A stretch of 64,000 nt of DNA from contig OX597817.1 in assembly GCA_951406725.2 (NCBI GenBank), positions 24,614,001-24,678,000 of the forward strand. The letters are read 5' to 3'. Of this stretch, positions 1 through 12,892 are shown piece by piece. Positions within the stretch are counted from its first letter, which is position 1. Every line of letters starts with the position of its first letter. Made by a program: the position numbers and the translations under genes. This stretch comes from Octopus vulgaris (lineage: Eukaryota). Below the pieces are notes generated by a model. It did no database searches. It saw only the letters and a program-made list of their open reading frames with translations, and was not told the DNA's origin.

Positions 1-90
1 ATGTATGTATATATATATATATGTATATATATATGTATGTATATATATATGTATGTATATATATATTTGTGTATATATGTATGTATATTT

Positions 91-1644
91 ATATATATAT
101 ATAAAACTGAGAATATGTGTCTGTCTGTCTGTCTGTGTGTTTTCCTGAAACTTGAGAACTACACAACCAATTTCATTCAAGTTTTACACATGCCTTACTT
201 AGGGTCCATGTAGTTTCATGGGCAAAAAAATGTTCAACTTCTTGCCCATAGCAATATCATATCCTCTCCACTATTTTGGTATTATGTGTTAAAAGTGAAA
301 CAAAAACATTTCTCTATTTTATGTCAGATATTTTCACTTTAACAATAAAAATTAGAGATAATAATAACAATTATATGTAGTAAGTAATAATTAAAATCAA
401 CCTAAAGTATAATATAATCATAACATAACAAAAGTAAAAATAGCAATTGGTATAAAATTGCATCGATGACTTGAACTTGAATAAGTGGTTTCACATGAAT
501 GGGAATAAATTAAAAATAAAATTAGTGTGCAGAAATGGAATAGTCCAGATGGAGCTGTGCACATACCGTTTACCACGGCTTTTACATTAGATTATCTGCT
601 AATTAGCTAGCATTAAGTATCTATATGAAGTTTGGCTGTATGTAATGTCTGTTTTCTCGAACAGCCGCTTCTACTGAGTACTGTTGTTGGTTTATTTCTT
701 ATACATAAAGGTCTATAGCTTCAACTGCGTACTGCTTTTTGATTCACCGTAAGGTTTGTTGTTGTTATTATTATTGTTTAACTATTGTTATCACGTTTGT
801 TGGTTCCTCGTAAGGGAAATGTTGTGTTGCATTTGTTAAATAATTGTAATCTGTAACCCTCCCCCTTTGGGAGAAGGAGCTTTGGTTATTGTTTAAAAAT
901 TGAATTGTGTCCCTGTTTGGGGAAATTGACAATATTTTCACCGTTTATATGGAAGCATATTGTTAGAATGCCTTCGATAGAAGAAAGTCCAAAAATGAAT
1001 TTTGCTACAGTCATTGGCGGGCGTGAACGCATTAAAATTAAAATGGAAGAAATACAAACCTATTTCGGATTGATCACCGACAAAGATGGTGAATCTAGGA
1101 TAACACCACCAAACGAAATAAAAACTTAAATTAAAGAAAAGACTATTGTCTATAAAGTATATAATGTAGAGAAAAAAAGATTTGAACACCTGAAGGAAAG
1201 CACCATCGAAAAGTGTCTTGGTGCGACTATGAAAGATATCTAACCAGAGGCAATAAATTCGCCACAATAGAAGCAAGGTTCAAGTCAACAGAGCATGCAA
1301 GGGAGTACTCGACTCGAACCTTGCAAAGTGGAAATATTTTATTTTTACCTTTATATCTGGGACGTAGGATGTCCCAGATAAAAATTTAAAATGTCCCCCC
1401 AGAAGTAGAGGTAGGCTGGATTGTAGCCATACAATTGATCGAAATTGCAAGAAACGGGCCTACAATTCCAGTCTGTTATATATTTTGAGTATTGTTATCA
1501 CTAGCGATATCAAGATATAACTTTGTATTTTGTATTTTATGTGTAGATGTATATATATAGATGTACATGTAATATGTACACATATATATACACATATATA
1601 CATGCACTAGCACTATGGCCCGGCAACGACGGGTCATAATGCTA

Positions 1645-1645
<1 letters not shown>
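91..1645 (+). mobile_element. Non-autonomous Helitron carrying internal foreign sequence
   Basis: 5' end tatataaaactgagaatatgtgtctgtctgtc resembles the 5' ends of the other Helitrons here (the TC terminus is blurred by the TA tract). The 3' end has the hairpin ggcccg-gcaacga-cgggtc followed by CTAG|T at 1642-1646. Confidence 0.65.
968..1478 (+). pseudogene. Degenerate ORF1 (gag-like) N-terminal fragment of a non-LTR retrotransposon, probably L1/Tx1-like
   Basis: Reads MPSIEESPKMNFATVIGG...IKEKTIVYKVYNVEKKRFEHLKESTIEKCLG, then after a frameshift RYLTRGNKFATIEARFKSTEHAREYSTRTLQSGNILFLPLYLGRRMSQIKI*NVPPEVEVGWIVA, with internal stops. The family assignment is by resemblance only. Confidence 0.4.
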
Positions 1646-1691
<46 letters not shown>

Positions 1692-1786
1692 GATAACACA
1701 AGATAATTACTTCCATAAACAATAATCCAACTTGCTTTCATCAATAGAATTGATATGGAAGAATCACCAGAGGCACTTAATTATTA

Positions 1787-2060
1787 CTCTTTTATTCTTT
1801 TACTTGTTTCTGTCATTTGACTACGGCCATGCTGGAGTACTGCCTTTAGTTGAGCAAGTTGACCCCAGGACTTTTTCTTTGTAAGCCTAGTACTTATTCT
1901 ATTGGTCTCTTTTGCAGAACTGCTAAGTTACAGGGACATAGACACACCAACATCAGTTGTCAAGTGATATTGGGGGAAGGACACCCCCCCCCCACACACA
2001 CACACGATAGGCTTTTAGTTTCTCTCTACCAAATCTGCTTACAAGGCCTTGGTTGGCCCA
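1787..2060 (-). mobile_element. SINE family A, partial copy
   Basis: Matches the 3' part of the family A copies (tail ...ctccagcatggccgtagtcaaatgacagaaacaagtaaaaga on the minus strand). Confidence 0.85.
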
Positions 2061-2652
2061 ATGTTAAAATGCATAGATACATTAAAAATATATAAATATA
2101 TAGGAATATATATTACTAAATCCCAAAACATGTATTTTCCACATTGTAGCCTAAATTATAAAGACAGAAGTTTACAATTTTGGCTTTAGATTGTGAAATA
2201 AATAAAAATATTGCCTGTTAAAAAGGTGTCATCTTAACACATAGACTGAAATAGATTTGTTTATCACTTATATCCCAATTTCATTTATTTCAAACAGGGA
2301 AAATGTTTATTCTACCAGCAAATATGTCGTATACATTAAGAGCTAAAATGCATTATTGCAAATTATTGAATGCAATTTAACCAATAGATCCTTTAAACTA
2401 AAGCACTTGTATAACTATTTCTGTTGATATAAAAGGTGAACAAGAAAAGTATTTAGCATACATTTTTATTCATTTAGAGTATAGTTGTAAAAGTCTAGAT
2501 AAAAGTAGATCATAGGCTGCAAAAAAATGTGTTCACTTGTGCCACTGACAGAAAGAGAAAATGTGAGAGAGGGAAAAAAAACACAAGAATAGATTCTATA
2601 TGATTAAAGACATACACACACAAGCACACTCTCGCACAAAAACACACACACA

Positions 2653-2662
2653 TATGTGTGTG

Positions 2663-2701
<39 letters not shown>

Positions 2702-3090
2702 GTATATGTATATATATATATGTATATGTATATATGTATATGTATATATGTATATGTATATATGTATATGTATATATGTATATGTATGTATATATATGTA
2801 TGTATATGTATATATAAGTATATGTATATGCATGTATATGTATATGTATGTATATATATGTATATGCATGTATATGTATATGTATGTATATATATGTATA
2901 TGTATGTGTATGTATATATATATATGTATATATATATATGTATGTGTATATATGTATATGTATATGTATGTATATGTATATGTATATATATGTATGTATG
3001 TATATATATGTATGTATATGTATATATATGTATGTATATGTATATATGTATATATATGTATATGCACACATATATTCGCAGTATATATGT
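2653..3090. repeat. Compound (TA)n/(TATG)n/(TATATG)n microsatellite
   Basis: Directly visible; it produces the Y/I/M/C/H-rich spurious ORFs. Confidence 0.97.
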
Positions 3091-3361
3091 ATAAGTTTGG
3101 GTGTGGATGCTCTACATTGGTGTGTGTATGGGAAGTGGGGGGTCATTCAATTCAAAGAAGTCATTTTAGTAGAAACCAAGTACTTCTTTCTTTGTACACA
3201 AATACATCAATCATATTTGAAACTTGGAGCTATTTGCTATTTTCTTTTATTTTGACAACATATACATACATACATGCAAGTATAAATGCATATATACATA
3301 CATAAATACATATATGCATACATACATACATACATACACGCACATATTTTGCTATATATTT

Positions 3362-3572
3362 GTCATTGCATAAACTAATAGCTTCATGATAGAGTTAAGA
3401 AAACCAATCAATCTTTAGACAATAAAAGAGCAGTAACTGCTCACAAAAGTACACCAACTTGTGATCTGGTACAAGTTGGTGTACTTTCATGGAAGGCTGC
3501 TGTTTTCATATTGTCTATTGATTGGTTCTTTTTTTAAACCTTTCATGTAACTATTAGTATCAAAGCATTACT
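3362..3572. repeat. Long imperfect inverted repeat with a perfect 17-bp inner stem
   Basis: aaagtacaccaacttgt (3446-3462) pairs with acaagttggtgtacttt (3471-3487). The outer arms still align (aaccaatcaat..tagacaata, actaatag..catga). Confidence 0.8.
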
Positions 3573-3610
3573 TCATACATTGGCTACTTCAATACATACA
3601 CTGATATAAT

Positions 3611-4038
3611 TGTATGTGTATGCTTGTGTGTGTGTGTGTGTGTGTGTATGTGTGTGTGCATGTGTATGTGCATATATATGCATATACACACACACACATA
3701 TATATTTTTATCCATGTATGCATATATATGTGTGTGTGTGTATATATATGTGTGTATGTATTCATGCATGCATATATACACACACACACACATGCATATA
3801 TATATATATATATAATATATATATCTATGTATGTGTATGTATATGTGTGTGTGCATGCATGTGTGTATATATGTGTGTATGTATATGTGTGTGTGCATGC
3901 ATGTGTGTATATATGTGTGTATATGTATATGTGTGTATGCAGGCATGTGTGTATATATGTGTGTATGTATGTATGTATGCATGCATGCTTGTATATATTT
4001 ATGTATGCCTGTATGTATGTATACATGCATACATATGT
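3611..4038. repeat. Compound (TG)n/(TA)n/(CATG) microsatellite
   Basis: Directly visible. Confidence 0.95.
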
Positions 4039-4162
4039 AGAAATACTCAGGTTGGCACGCAAGGCTGCAGTAAACCCACTTCAAATGAGGAATCCCTGAT
4101 CTTTATCAAATTATTCTTCTTGGACTTGGCTAACTCATACACAAAATCCATTGGTCTACTGA

Positions 4163-4543
4163 GGAGGCGCAATGGCCCAGTGGTTAGGGCAGCAGACTCG
4201 CGGTCGTAGGATCGCGGTTTCGATTCCCAGACCGGGCGTTGTGAGTGTTTATTGACCGAAAACACCTAAAGTTCCACGAGGCTCCGGCAGGGATGGTGGT
4301 GATCCCTGCTGTACTCTTTCACCACAACTTTCTCTCACTCTTACTTCCTGTTTCTGTTGTAACTGTATTTCAAAGGGCTGGCCTTGTCACTCTCTGTGTC
4401 ACGCTGAATATCCCCGAGAACTGCGTTAAGGGTACATGTGTCTGTGGAGTGCTCAGCCACATACACATTAATTTTACGAGCAGGCTGTTCCATTGATCGG
4501 ATCAACCGGAACCCTCATTGTCGTAACCAACGGAGTGCTTCCA
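4163..4543 (+). mobile_element. tRNA-derived SINE family B (resembles octopus OR-type SINEs), full length
   Basis: A box tggcccagtgg and B box ggtttcgattcc. A closely similar copy lies at 60588-60969. Short TSD tctactga. Confidence 0.9.
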
Positions 4544-4731
4544 GTTCTACTGAACTGGATATCTTGTACTTTGCTTGTATCTGGGCTTCTTGGCATTGCA
4601 AGTGTGAGTCATTGTGATGTTGTGCAAGTTGCACTTGACTTAAAACTCCTGTAGGAGTATTACTAGCATTTGTCATTGATAGTCATGCTCAACTAACAAG
4701 TAGACAGCCATCATATATATATAATTCCAAG

Positions 4732-5068
4732 GTGAAGGTGCATACCTTAGTGGTTAGGGCATTCGGCCCACGACTGTAAGGTCATGAGTTCAATTCCTGT
4801 TGATGCATTGTGTTCTTGAGCAAGACACTTTATTTCACATTGCTCCAGTCCACTCAGCTGACAAAAATGAGTTGTACCTGTATTTCAAAGGGCCGGCCTT
4901 GTCACAATCTGTGTCATGCTGAATCTCTCTGAGAACTACTTTAGGGGTACACGTGTCTGTGGATTGCTCAGTCACTTGCATGTTAATTTCACGAGCAAGC
5001 TGTTCCGTTGATCGTATCAGCTGGGACTTTCATCGTCATAACTGACAGAGTGTTCCTTCTTCTACTTC
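4732..5068 (+). mobile_element. tRNA-derived SINE family C with a CORE-like central motif; shares its 3' half with family B
   Basis: tRNA-like head, then tgtgttcttgagcaagacacttt. The 3' region gtatttcaaaggg...gttccgttgatcg is homologous to about 4365-4540. (CTT)n tail and TSD taattccaag. Confidence 0.85.
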
Positions 5069-5375
5069 TAATTCCAAGAGAGTTAGAGTTTGTGAATCCA
5101 ACCAACTAAGGGATATCTATCCAATATACTTCTGGTGAAATACCCAATTGTTAATGCATAAGTGTTTTCTTTAGTTTTTTATTCAATGTTCTACATTATA
5201 TATTGTAATAATTATTGGTATTTTTATATATATAAATCATCATCATCATCATCATTGTATGTATATTGTTAGAATTATTTTTGGATGCCTGTATCGGAAA
5301 ATTAAACAAATAGACATAATATAATGTCAAAAAGTTGATGAATACCACCTCTTGATCCTTTCCATTTTCTTGTTA

Positions 5376-5413
<38 letters not shown>

Positions 5414-5416
5414 CAT

Positions 5417-5845
5417 AGGCACAGGAGTGGCTGTGTGTTAAGTAGCTTGCTTACCAACCACATGGTTCTCGCTTCAGTCCCACTGCATGGCACCTTGGGC
5501 AAATGTCTTCTGCTATAGCCTAGAACTGACAAAACCCTTGTGAGTGGATTTGGTAAACGGAAATTAAAAGAAGCCTGTCGTATATATATATATATATATA
5601 TACATACACACACTCACATATATATATGTTTGTGTGTCTGTGTTTATCCCTGCCAACATCTCTTATCACTTGACAACTGATGCTGGTGTGTTTACGTCCC
5701 CATAACTTAGTGGTTTGACAAAAGAGACTGATAAACTAAGTACTAGGCTTACAAAAAATAAGTCCTAGGGTTGACATGCTCGACTAAAGGTGGTGCTCCA
5801 GCATGGCTGCAGTCAAATTACTGAAACAAGTACAAGAATAAATGA
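5417..5845 (+). mobile_element. tRNA-derived SINE family A with an internal (TA)n(TG)n tract
   Basis: Head ggcacaggagtggctgtgtg..., CORE-like gcaccttgggcaa, tail ctccagcatggctgcagtcaaattactgaaacaagta. More than 12 homologous copies occur in the window. Confidence 0.92.
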
Positions 5846-5892
5846 ATAATAGTGTGTGTGTGTGTGTGTGTGTGTTTGAGTGGGCACATATA

Positions 5893-5939
<47 letters not shown>

Positions 5940-6781
5940 GTATATATCATCTCTTAAATATTTTATTAAAGCCAAAACCATGCAAGTGTTAAGCCTTAAA
6001 ATACAGACTGATGGTTATTACTATTAGCCATTAGTACTAACCATCAATACACACACATGCACACACACGCCACACACATGCACACACATTCACAAGCACA
6101 CACATAGACATGTTTGGTTGCAAAGAATCCAGAGTTGTAGTTAAACGGTAGTTATTAAAAACATTTGAGAATGCAAAGACACATGTTAGAATCTATCGGT
6201 AAACCTAAGATCAGAGAAGAATTCAGTGGCGTGGGAAATAGCAGAAAAATAACCTGACTGTACGACCACAGGAACATTTATACTCAAGTGCAAAATTGAC
6301 AATAAAGAAATAAGATTAAAAGCTAGAACACAGGCTATAATCACAAGTTTGATGATCAAGAAACAGAAATGAAAATGTTTTAGATCATTTGACTCTAAGT
6401 CTTACTTCGCAAAGATAGAATGTTAGGAAGGCACAGAAAAAATTATCCAATATAATCAGAATCAGTTAAGGTTACCTACGTCTGTGAATAATTCAACCAC
6501 TTATATGTTAATAGTGGAGCTGAGAATTTGGCTGATCAAACAGCTGAAATCTTATTGTCATACACACTGGAGAAAATCCGTGTGTGTGTGCGTGTGTGCG
6601 CATGTGTGTGTAGACAGATTGACTGATTGGTAGAGAGATAGATGAGACAGAAAAATAGAAAGATTGATACACATAAGGCTGGCAACGGACACAAACTGAT
6701 GGTGCTTTTATGTGCCACCGGCACAGGGGCCAGGCGAGGCTGGCAACGGACAATATATATATTTATAAACATTCATATATA

Positions 6782-7661
6782 CAGGGTGTTTGTGCTAAAT
6801 TTGACAGGAAAAGAAAACAATATTCCATCCAAAAATAAAAGTATTTTCAAAATGAAAAAAATATCAACTACATTATGGTTGGGAGATAACTCAAAGTAGC
6901 CACCCACAGCTGTTCACCATGACCTCAAAATGTCTCTGGAACCCAGTGCATGCATTCTTCACTGGATCACCAAGAAGATCTTTGAAAACCTTCTTGATCT
7001 TGGCCAGTACCTCAGCCTTGGTGTTGCAGGTAGAACAGTTGATGTCTTTCTCAGCCATGCACCACACATAATAATCCATGGGATTACAATAAGGAGAATT
7101 AAGAGTTTAGAAATTGGAGCAGGTAAAATCATAGAAATTTTCCAGCAACTACTTCTGACGCTTTGTAGAAATATGGCAAAGAGCTAAGTCCTACTGCTAC
7201 ACAAATGGCCTCCCAGCAGCAACCCACTCCAGCCAGGGTTTTACCATAGTCACATAACAGCTTTACATAGCCACGTGAATTGAAGCCAAGGCCCTGATCT
7301 ACACTTGGCGGAATTCTGGCATGCGGACACAGCCAGAATGCCAGCTATGTCTCTTTGTAATGGCCACGACTTCATAGTCTCCACTGCACTTGTCCATGTC
7401 ATATCTTACAACCTTTACAGTGTTCACAGAGTAATTGAGTAGCCACCATGATGGCATTTTGATACCCAGTGCAAACCATCATGATACATGTAACACTTAT
7501 TCAATATTCAGATGACTTCAAGTAACCCATATAAGTTAACTTTTTCTCAACCACAACTTTAATTTGTATGCTCTCCAACACCATTAACTGTTCACCTATA
7601 CAACAAGATGCTCTTGAAAAAAGGACACATAAGAATTGTTAAATTTAGCCCAAACAACCCG
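6782..7661 (-). mobile_element. Tc1/mariner-superfamily transposon, internally deleted and decayed
   Basis: TIRs cagggtgtttgtgctaaatttgaca and tgttaaatttagcccaaacaacccg, flanked by TA. Remnant (SPYCNP)MDYYVWCMAEKDINCSTCNTKAEVLAKIKKVF matches a Tc1/mariner transposase C-terminus. Confidence 0.88.
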
Positions 7662-8020
7662 TAAATATATATTGATTGTAGTCAAACCAGGTATATGATA
7701 TTTTGAATACATTTAATACGTATGTTTCAGATCATTATGCAATAGTTAAAAAAGGGAATTTCATCTCTTATGTAAAATCTTCCTCAGTTGAAACAGATCA
7801 ATTTCTGTGTGTCCATGTGTGAACGCATGTGTGTGTGTGTGCAGAGTTTCCACACAGTTTTCATTTGGTAAAACTTTGGCAAATCCATTCAGAAGCCATT
7901 GATTGGCTTTGTATTATTGCAGAAGTTACTTGCTTAAGGTGCTATGCAGCAGGACTGGATCTGAAACAGCAGTACTGTTAAGCAATCTTCTTAAACACAA
8001 ATATATCCATGCACCTTATT

Positions 8021-8236
8021 TGTGTGTGTGTGTGTGTGAGATGGGTGTTTGTATGTGCATGTGTGTTTGTGTGCATACATACGTGTGTGTGTGTGTGTGT
8101 GTCTGTGTGTGTGTCTGTGTATATATGTGTGCAAACATTTCCTGTCAAAAGGTAGACTTTTATACAAATTTTACTTTATTCAGGCTACTGCTTACTCTGA
8201 ATATATACTTACAGTACATTGTACATCTCTTATATG

Positions 8237-8270
<34 letters not shown>

Positions 8271-8301
8271 CACACACACACGCACGCACACACAAACACA
8301 T

Positions 8302-8340
<39 letters not shown>

Positions 8341-8430
8341 TACACACATTTATGCACACACACACACACCTGCACACACACACACACACACATACACAAA
8401 CACACAGAAACACACACACACAGACACTTT
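8021..8430. repeat. (TG)n and (CA)n microsatellites
   Basis: Directly visible. Confidence 0.95.
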
Positions 8431-9589
8431 GAGAGGTAGGACACATTTCTAGTCTTTGTTGTACACATCCTTTGATCTTCCGGGTTTTATTTGATGTTAT
8501 CTAATTGTTTTTGCTGTCACTTTTCTTACTCCTGAATAGGACCGTTCTAGTAAGATCTATGGTCAAAGGCATGACCATCCTCTTCATTTCTTTAAAACTC
8601 ACTCTTTGATTTCTTATTGTAACTATGAAGGAGATTTGACTCTTACGTCTAACAATTTGTGTTAGCATATTGGTGCTCCTTGTTTAAGCATGATGTTACA
8701 CAGGAAATAATTAATAAATGCATATATGCATATAATATAATGAATCTACTTTGGGGCTATTTTCAATAAAGGGAATCTATATTTATAATACGTTTGTGTT
8801 CCATGAAAGCGTAAGTTTATGATTTATTGTCAGAAGTCCAATCTCACCATCAAAACAATAATCTTTTGCTAACAGAATATCAGCACTTTATGAGTTGCCA
8901 TTGTATCTTTGTGTGGAATAGATGATTGGCGGAATACTTTTGAGAAATACCACTCCATCAAGAATTGTCAGCGGCACTACTCAATCTTCTAAGAAAGTGA
9001 TTTAATCTTATGCCATTGAATGGTAATTTTTTTTTTCCCTGCATCATGTATCTATTATATGTGAGTGTGTGTGTGTGTGTGTGTGTGTCTGTAGGTGTAA
9101 GCTTGTCTATACAATTCGGGAAATACTCCCTTTCTTAAATCAATATCATTTTGTTTCTTTATTTTAACAATAATGTTTTATCAAAGAATCCTTTATTCCA
9201 AGGCAGCAACGAGGTGAATTAATTTTAGGCATTGTGCACAAGATTCTAAAGAAGTAAATAAATATATGAAATGAGAGAGAGAGAGATGCATAGATAGATA
9301 GATAGATAGATAAATAGAAAGAAAGATACACACAGAGATAGAGACAGAGAAAGTGAGTGAGAGAGAGAGGTAGGGGGGGGTCTATGGGAATGAGAGAGCA
9401 AAGCAAAAAAGAGCTAAAATATCGTATGATATACAATGTATGCAAAAGTCTTTCTCATCCATGCAGCACCTAAATCATATGATAAGGGCACTCATTGCAC
9501 AGTAGATTTATTTTCTTTGATTTATCATTTGACATCTAAATATATTTACTCCTACCCTTATTCTCTCTTTCTTTTCTCCATGTATGTAT

Positions 9590-9669
9590 ACACACACATG
9601 TATATATATATATATATATACATATATATACATAGACATACATATATAAACGTATATACACGTATAAAC

Positions 9670-9702
<33 letters not shown>

Positions 9703-9709
9703 TACATGC

Positions 9710-9782
<73 letters not shown>

Positions 9783-9789
9783 TACATGC

Positions 9790-9822
<33 letters not shown>

Positions 9823-10021
9823 ACATATATATATATATCATCATCATCATCATCATCATCATTTAACGTATATATACAGACATACATATATATATACATA
9901 CATATATATATACATATATATATACACATACATATATACATACATATATATATACACATACATATATACATACATATATATATACACATACATATATACA
10001 TACATATATATATACACATAC

Positions 10022-10054
<33 letters not shown>

Positions 10055-10062
10055 CTTATATA

Positions 10063-10116
<54 letters not shown>

Positions 10117-10130
10117 TATATGTATATGTA

Positions 10131-10187
<57 letters not shown>

Positions 10188-10190
10188 GTA
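9590..10190. repeat. Compound (TA)n/(TACA)n microsatellite containing a (CAT)n tract and a 30-bp higher-order unit
   Basis: Unit catatatacatacatatatatatacacata repeats about 5 times at 9901-10050. Confidence 0.95.
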
Positions 10191-11071
10191 AATGCATGTA
10201 GGTGTCTGTGCGTATTATAAACAAAATCACATAGAATTCCTATAACAAATATTTCTCTGCAAAAATATATATCAGCTGCTTCGGCTGTAAACTTAGTCAA
10301 CAAATCCAAAATGTCAGAATAAACAGAATGTATTTATATTAGATTCCACAATGAATGAATGGTGTTTTTATTGAAGTAACTAAATGTTTTAAGATCTGAA
10401 ATCTCTATCGTAAGACATGTTTCTCCATAATCTACTTTAGTTTTTCCAATAACAAAATGCTCAGATACAAGAACTAATCACCAAGCTGTTGGAAAGATTC
10501 AGGAAATAAGGGATTAGCTATATAGCATTTCTACTACGCATTATTGACATACAAAACAATGTCATTTGACTATTATTTGGTTTTAGGAGAGGATGGAACA
10601 AAATCAGAAGATGTCTCAACAAAGTCTTTGATAATAATAATAAGAATTTCTGATTATATATTATTTTTCTTCTTTTGCGACTCATTTGTTTCCGTGATGT
10701 ACTCTGAATGTATATTATGAGATAGTTTATCAGAGAATTAAATGATATTGTACACCTCAGATGTAACAACAATGTAGTTAATTAGAATGTGCTCTTATGA
10801 TTTTGTTCTTTGATGAAGACTCGTTCATTTAAGCAGTGTCTGCTAAATGTACAGTTATTTAAATTGTATATTCAAAAGAGAAACTGTTATATGATTAAAT
10901 CTATGTTTCTCGCACAAGAAGTTAACAGCTATGCATACCTGCATATCAACATGCTTGCATACAGCACATGCATAGCTGTTTTTCTTTATGTTCCCTCACA
11001 CCTGTACAAATACATAAACATTTGCTTGAATTCTGGGGATTTCTAGAGGAGAGAACAACTGATTATATAGT

Positions 11072-11550
11072 AATAATAATAATAATAATTTGGTATAAAA
11101 GATGGGCTACAGCAAATATTCTGCTCAATACCACAGATTTGCTTGTCAGTTGTTTGACCTTAACCAGTTGAGCATGTCCCATAGTGACTGACGATATATG
11201 CATCTCTGATCACGAGCAGTAGTAGTGGGGGAGCGAATTGAGAGGAAATCTTTAGGATTTGAATAATTCCCCTCTGGAAACATAGGTGTTTTGTTCAACA
11301 TCCTTAAACAACCCTTATTCAGGGACCTTTTGAGCGGGATGGGTTACTCAACCAGAAGAAAATTCTAACTGGGCCCCACCTGTGCTGTTTATCTTGATAT
11401 GAGATCACCATGTCGCACACATATGGTTGTGATGCATGTGCCTAGTGTAACCTTATCAGACGGGTAGTCATGATGGGTATACTGGGCTTCGTATATTTTA
11501 CCTCAGTGTCACTTTGATGGCATGCACTGCTCTCTCACTCAATAATAATA
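11072..11550 (-). mobile_element. Probable interspersed repeat bounded by (AAT)n tracts, class unclear
   Basis: Sharply bounded GC-richer block with (AAT)n on both sides. Only one copy in this window. Confidence 0.45.
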
Positions 11551-11785
11551 ATGATGATAATGAAATTATTGTTTACAGTGCTCAGGTGCACCACAACTTG
11601 TCAAAAGTGCATATAAAACATATGCAGTAATGTACAAATGTCTGGGAAGTGAACAGTGTATGAGTCAGATACATGCTTGCATGTGTATGGAGGGGAGAAA
11701 ATCAGGTGTAGTGTTGGTGAATCTCAGGAAGCATGGAATTTTTGAAGGATGCAGTGCTCCGACAACTAACAACTAATGCCGGCAC
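11551..11785 (-). mobile_element. CR1-clade LINE 3' end
   Basis: C-terminus PALVVSCRSTASFKNSMLPEIHQHYT*. The 3' terminus tacagtgctcaggtgcaccacaact is shared with the 21940-22280 copy. Confidence 0.8.
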
Positions 11786-11987
11786 ACATGCACTACAGTA
11801 CTCAACCAGTACTTCTTTTATCAATCCCTGCATGGAAAAACGAAAGACAAAGTTAATTATAGTAAGATTCGAGCTTTGATCATAAAGAGTTGTAATTAAA
11901 AACAAGGTATTTTCTCCAATGACCTATCAATTCTGATAATCCATTACCATAATGTGGAAATAATGAACTGAAGTAAGTATAGTCTTA

Positions 11988-12202
11988 CCAACCACATGGT
12001 TCCGGGTTCAGTCCCACTGCGTGACACCTTGGCCAAGAGTCTTCTACTATAGCCTCGGGCCAACCAAAGCCTTGTGAGAGGATTTGGTAGTCGGAAACTG
12101 AAAGAAGCCCGTCGTATATATGTATATATATATATGTGTGTTTGTCCCCACAACATTGCTTGACAACCGATGCTGGTGTGTTTATGTACCTGTAACTTAG
12201 CA
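11988..12202 (+). mobile_element. SINE family A, partial copy
   Basis: Homology to the family A copies. Confidence 0.88.
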
Positions 12203-12892
12203 ATATGTATAGTAACAGAAATAGTTAAATTTATATTTGTATATTATATTAGTAGTCAGAGGTGTATACATGCGTTAATAGTTACAGAAATAATTATGAG
12301 CCTGATGTATAACCTACAGCATTGTCAAAGTCTCAGTAAGCTATTATGTATATAATTATAGGTATATGCAGCTGTATTTTGAAATGCATTATTTACTTAT
12401 TTGGAGGGAAGAAAAGCATGATTTATCTTCAAGGAAACTGATATAATTATTATGGTTAAAATATTTAGTGATTCCTGAGATACAAATGCAATATGAGAGG
12501 AAGTGAATGGTGTTACTGATTATCAGTGTATAGATGGTTTACTACAAAGTTCATTTAACTGGAATTTATTCACACTGTGATGTGTCACTATTAAGAGCCA
12601 ATATATGTTAAACTTCACTGAAGTTGATAAATTTCCCATTGTTTGATGTAAATTGATTTAACCAAATAAAACCATTATCATAAATCAACTAGAAGCAATT
12701 TGACAGTTGTTAGAGTAGAGTATAACGTCTCTAATTCTTATAGTTCTTAATGTTTTTACACAAACTGTGGTCGTTCCAGCATACATGATTCATGTATGCG
12801 GATTGAAATGATTAGATTAAGAGTCTACAGTCATCAGTACTACCTATATTAATATATATATAGATTAGGAAAAAAATGAACAGAACAGATGT

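Noticed and set aside
2510-4209. Long Y/I/H/T/M/C/V-rich ORFs (also at 7903-8468, 9436-10309, 18556-18940, 56194-56649 and 63270-63871)
   Set aside because: Translations of dinucleotide and tetranucleotide microsatellites that lack stop codons; not genes.
4163-4240. tRNA-like sequences with A and B boxes
   Set aside because: These are SINE heads that run into SINE bodies; there is no complete cloverleaf with a terminator.
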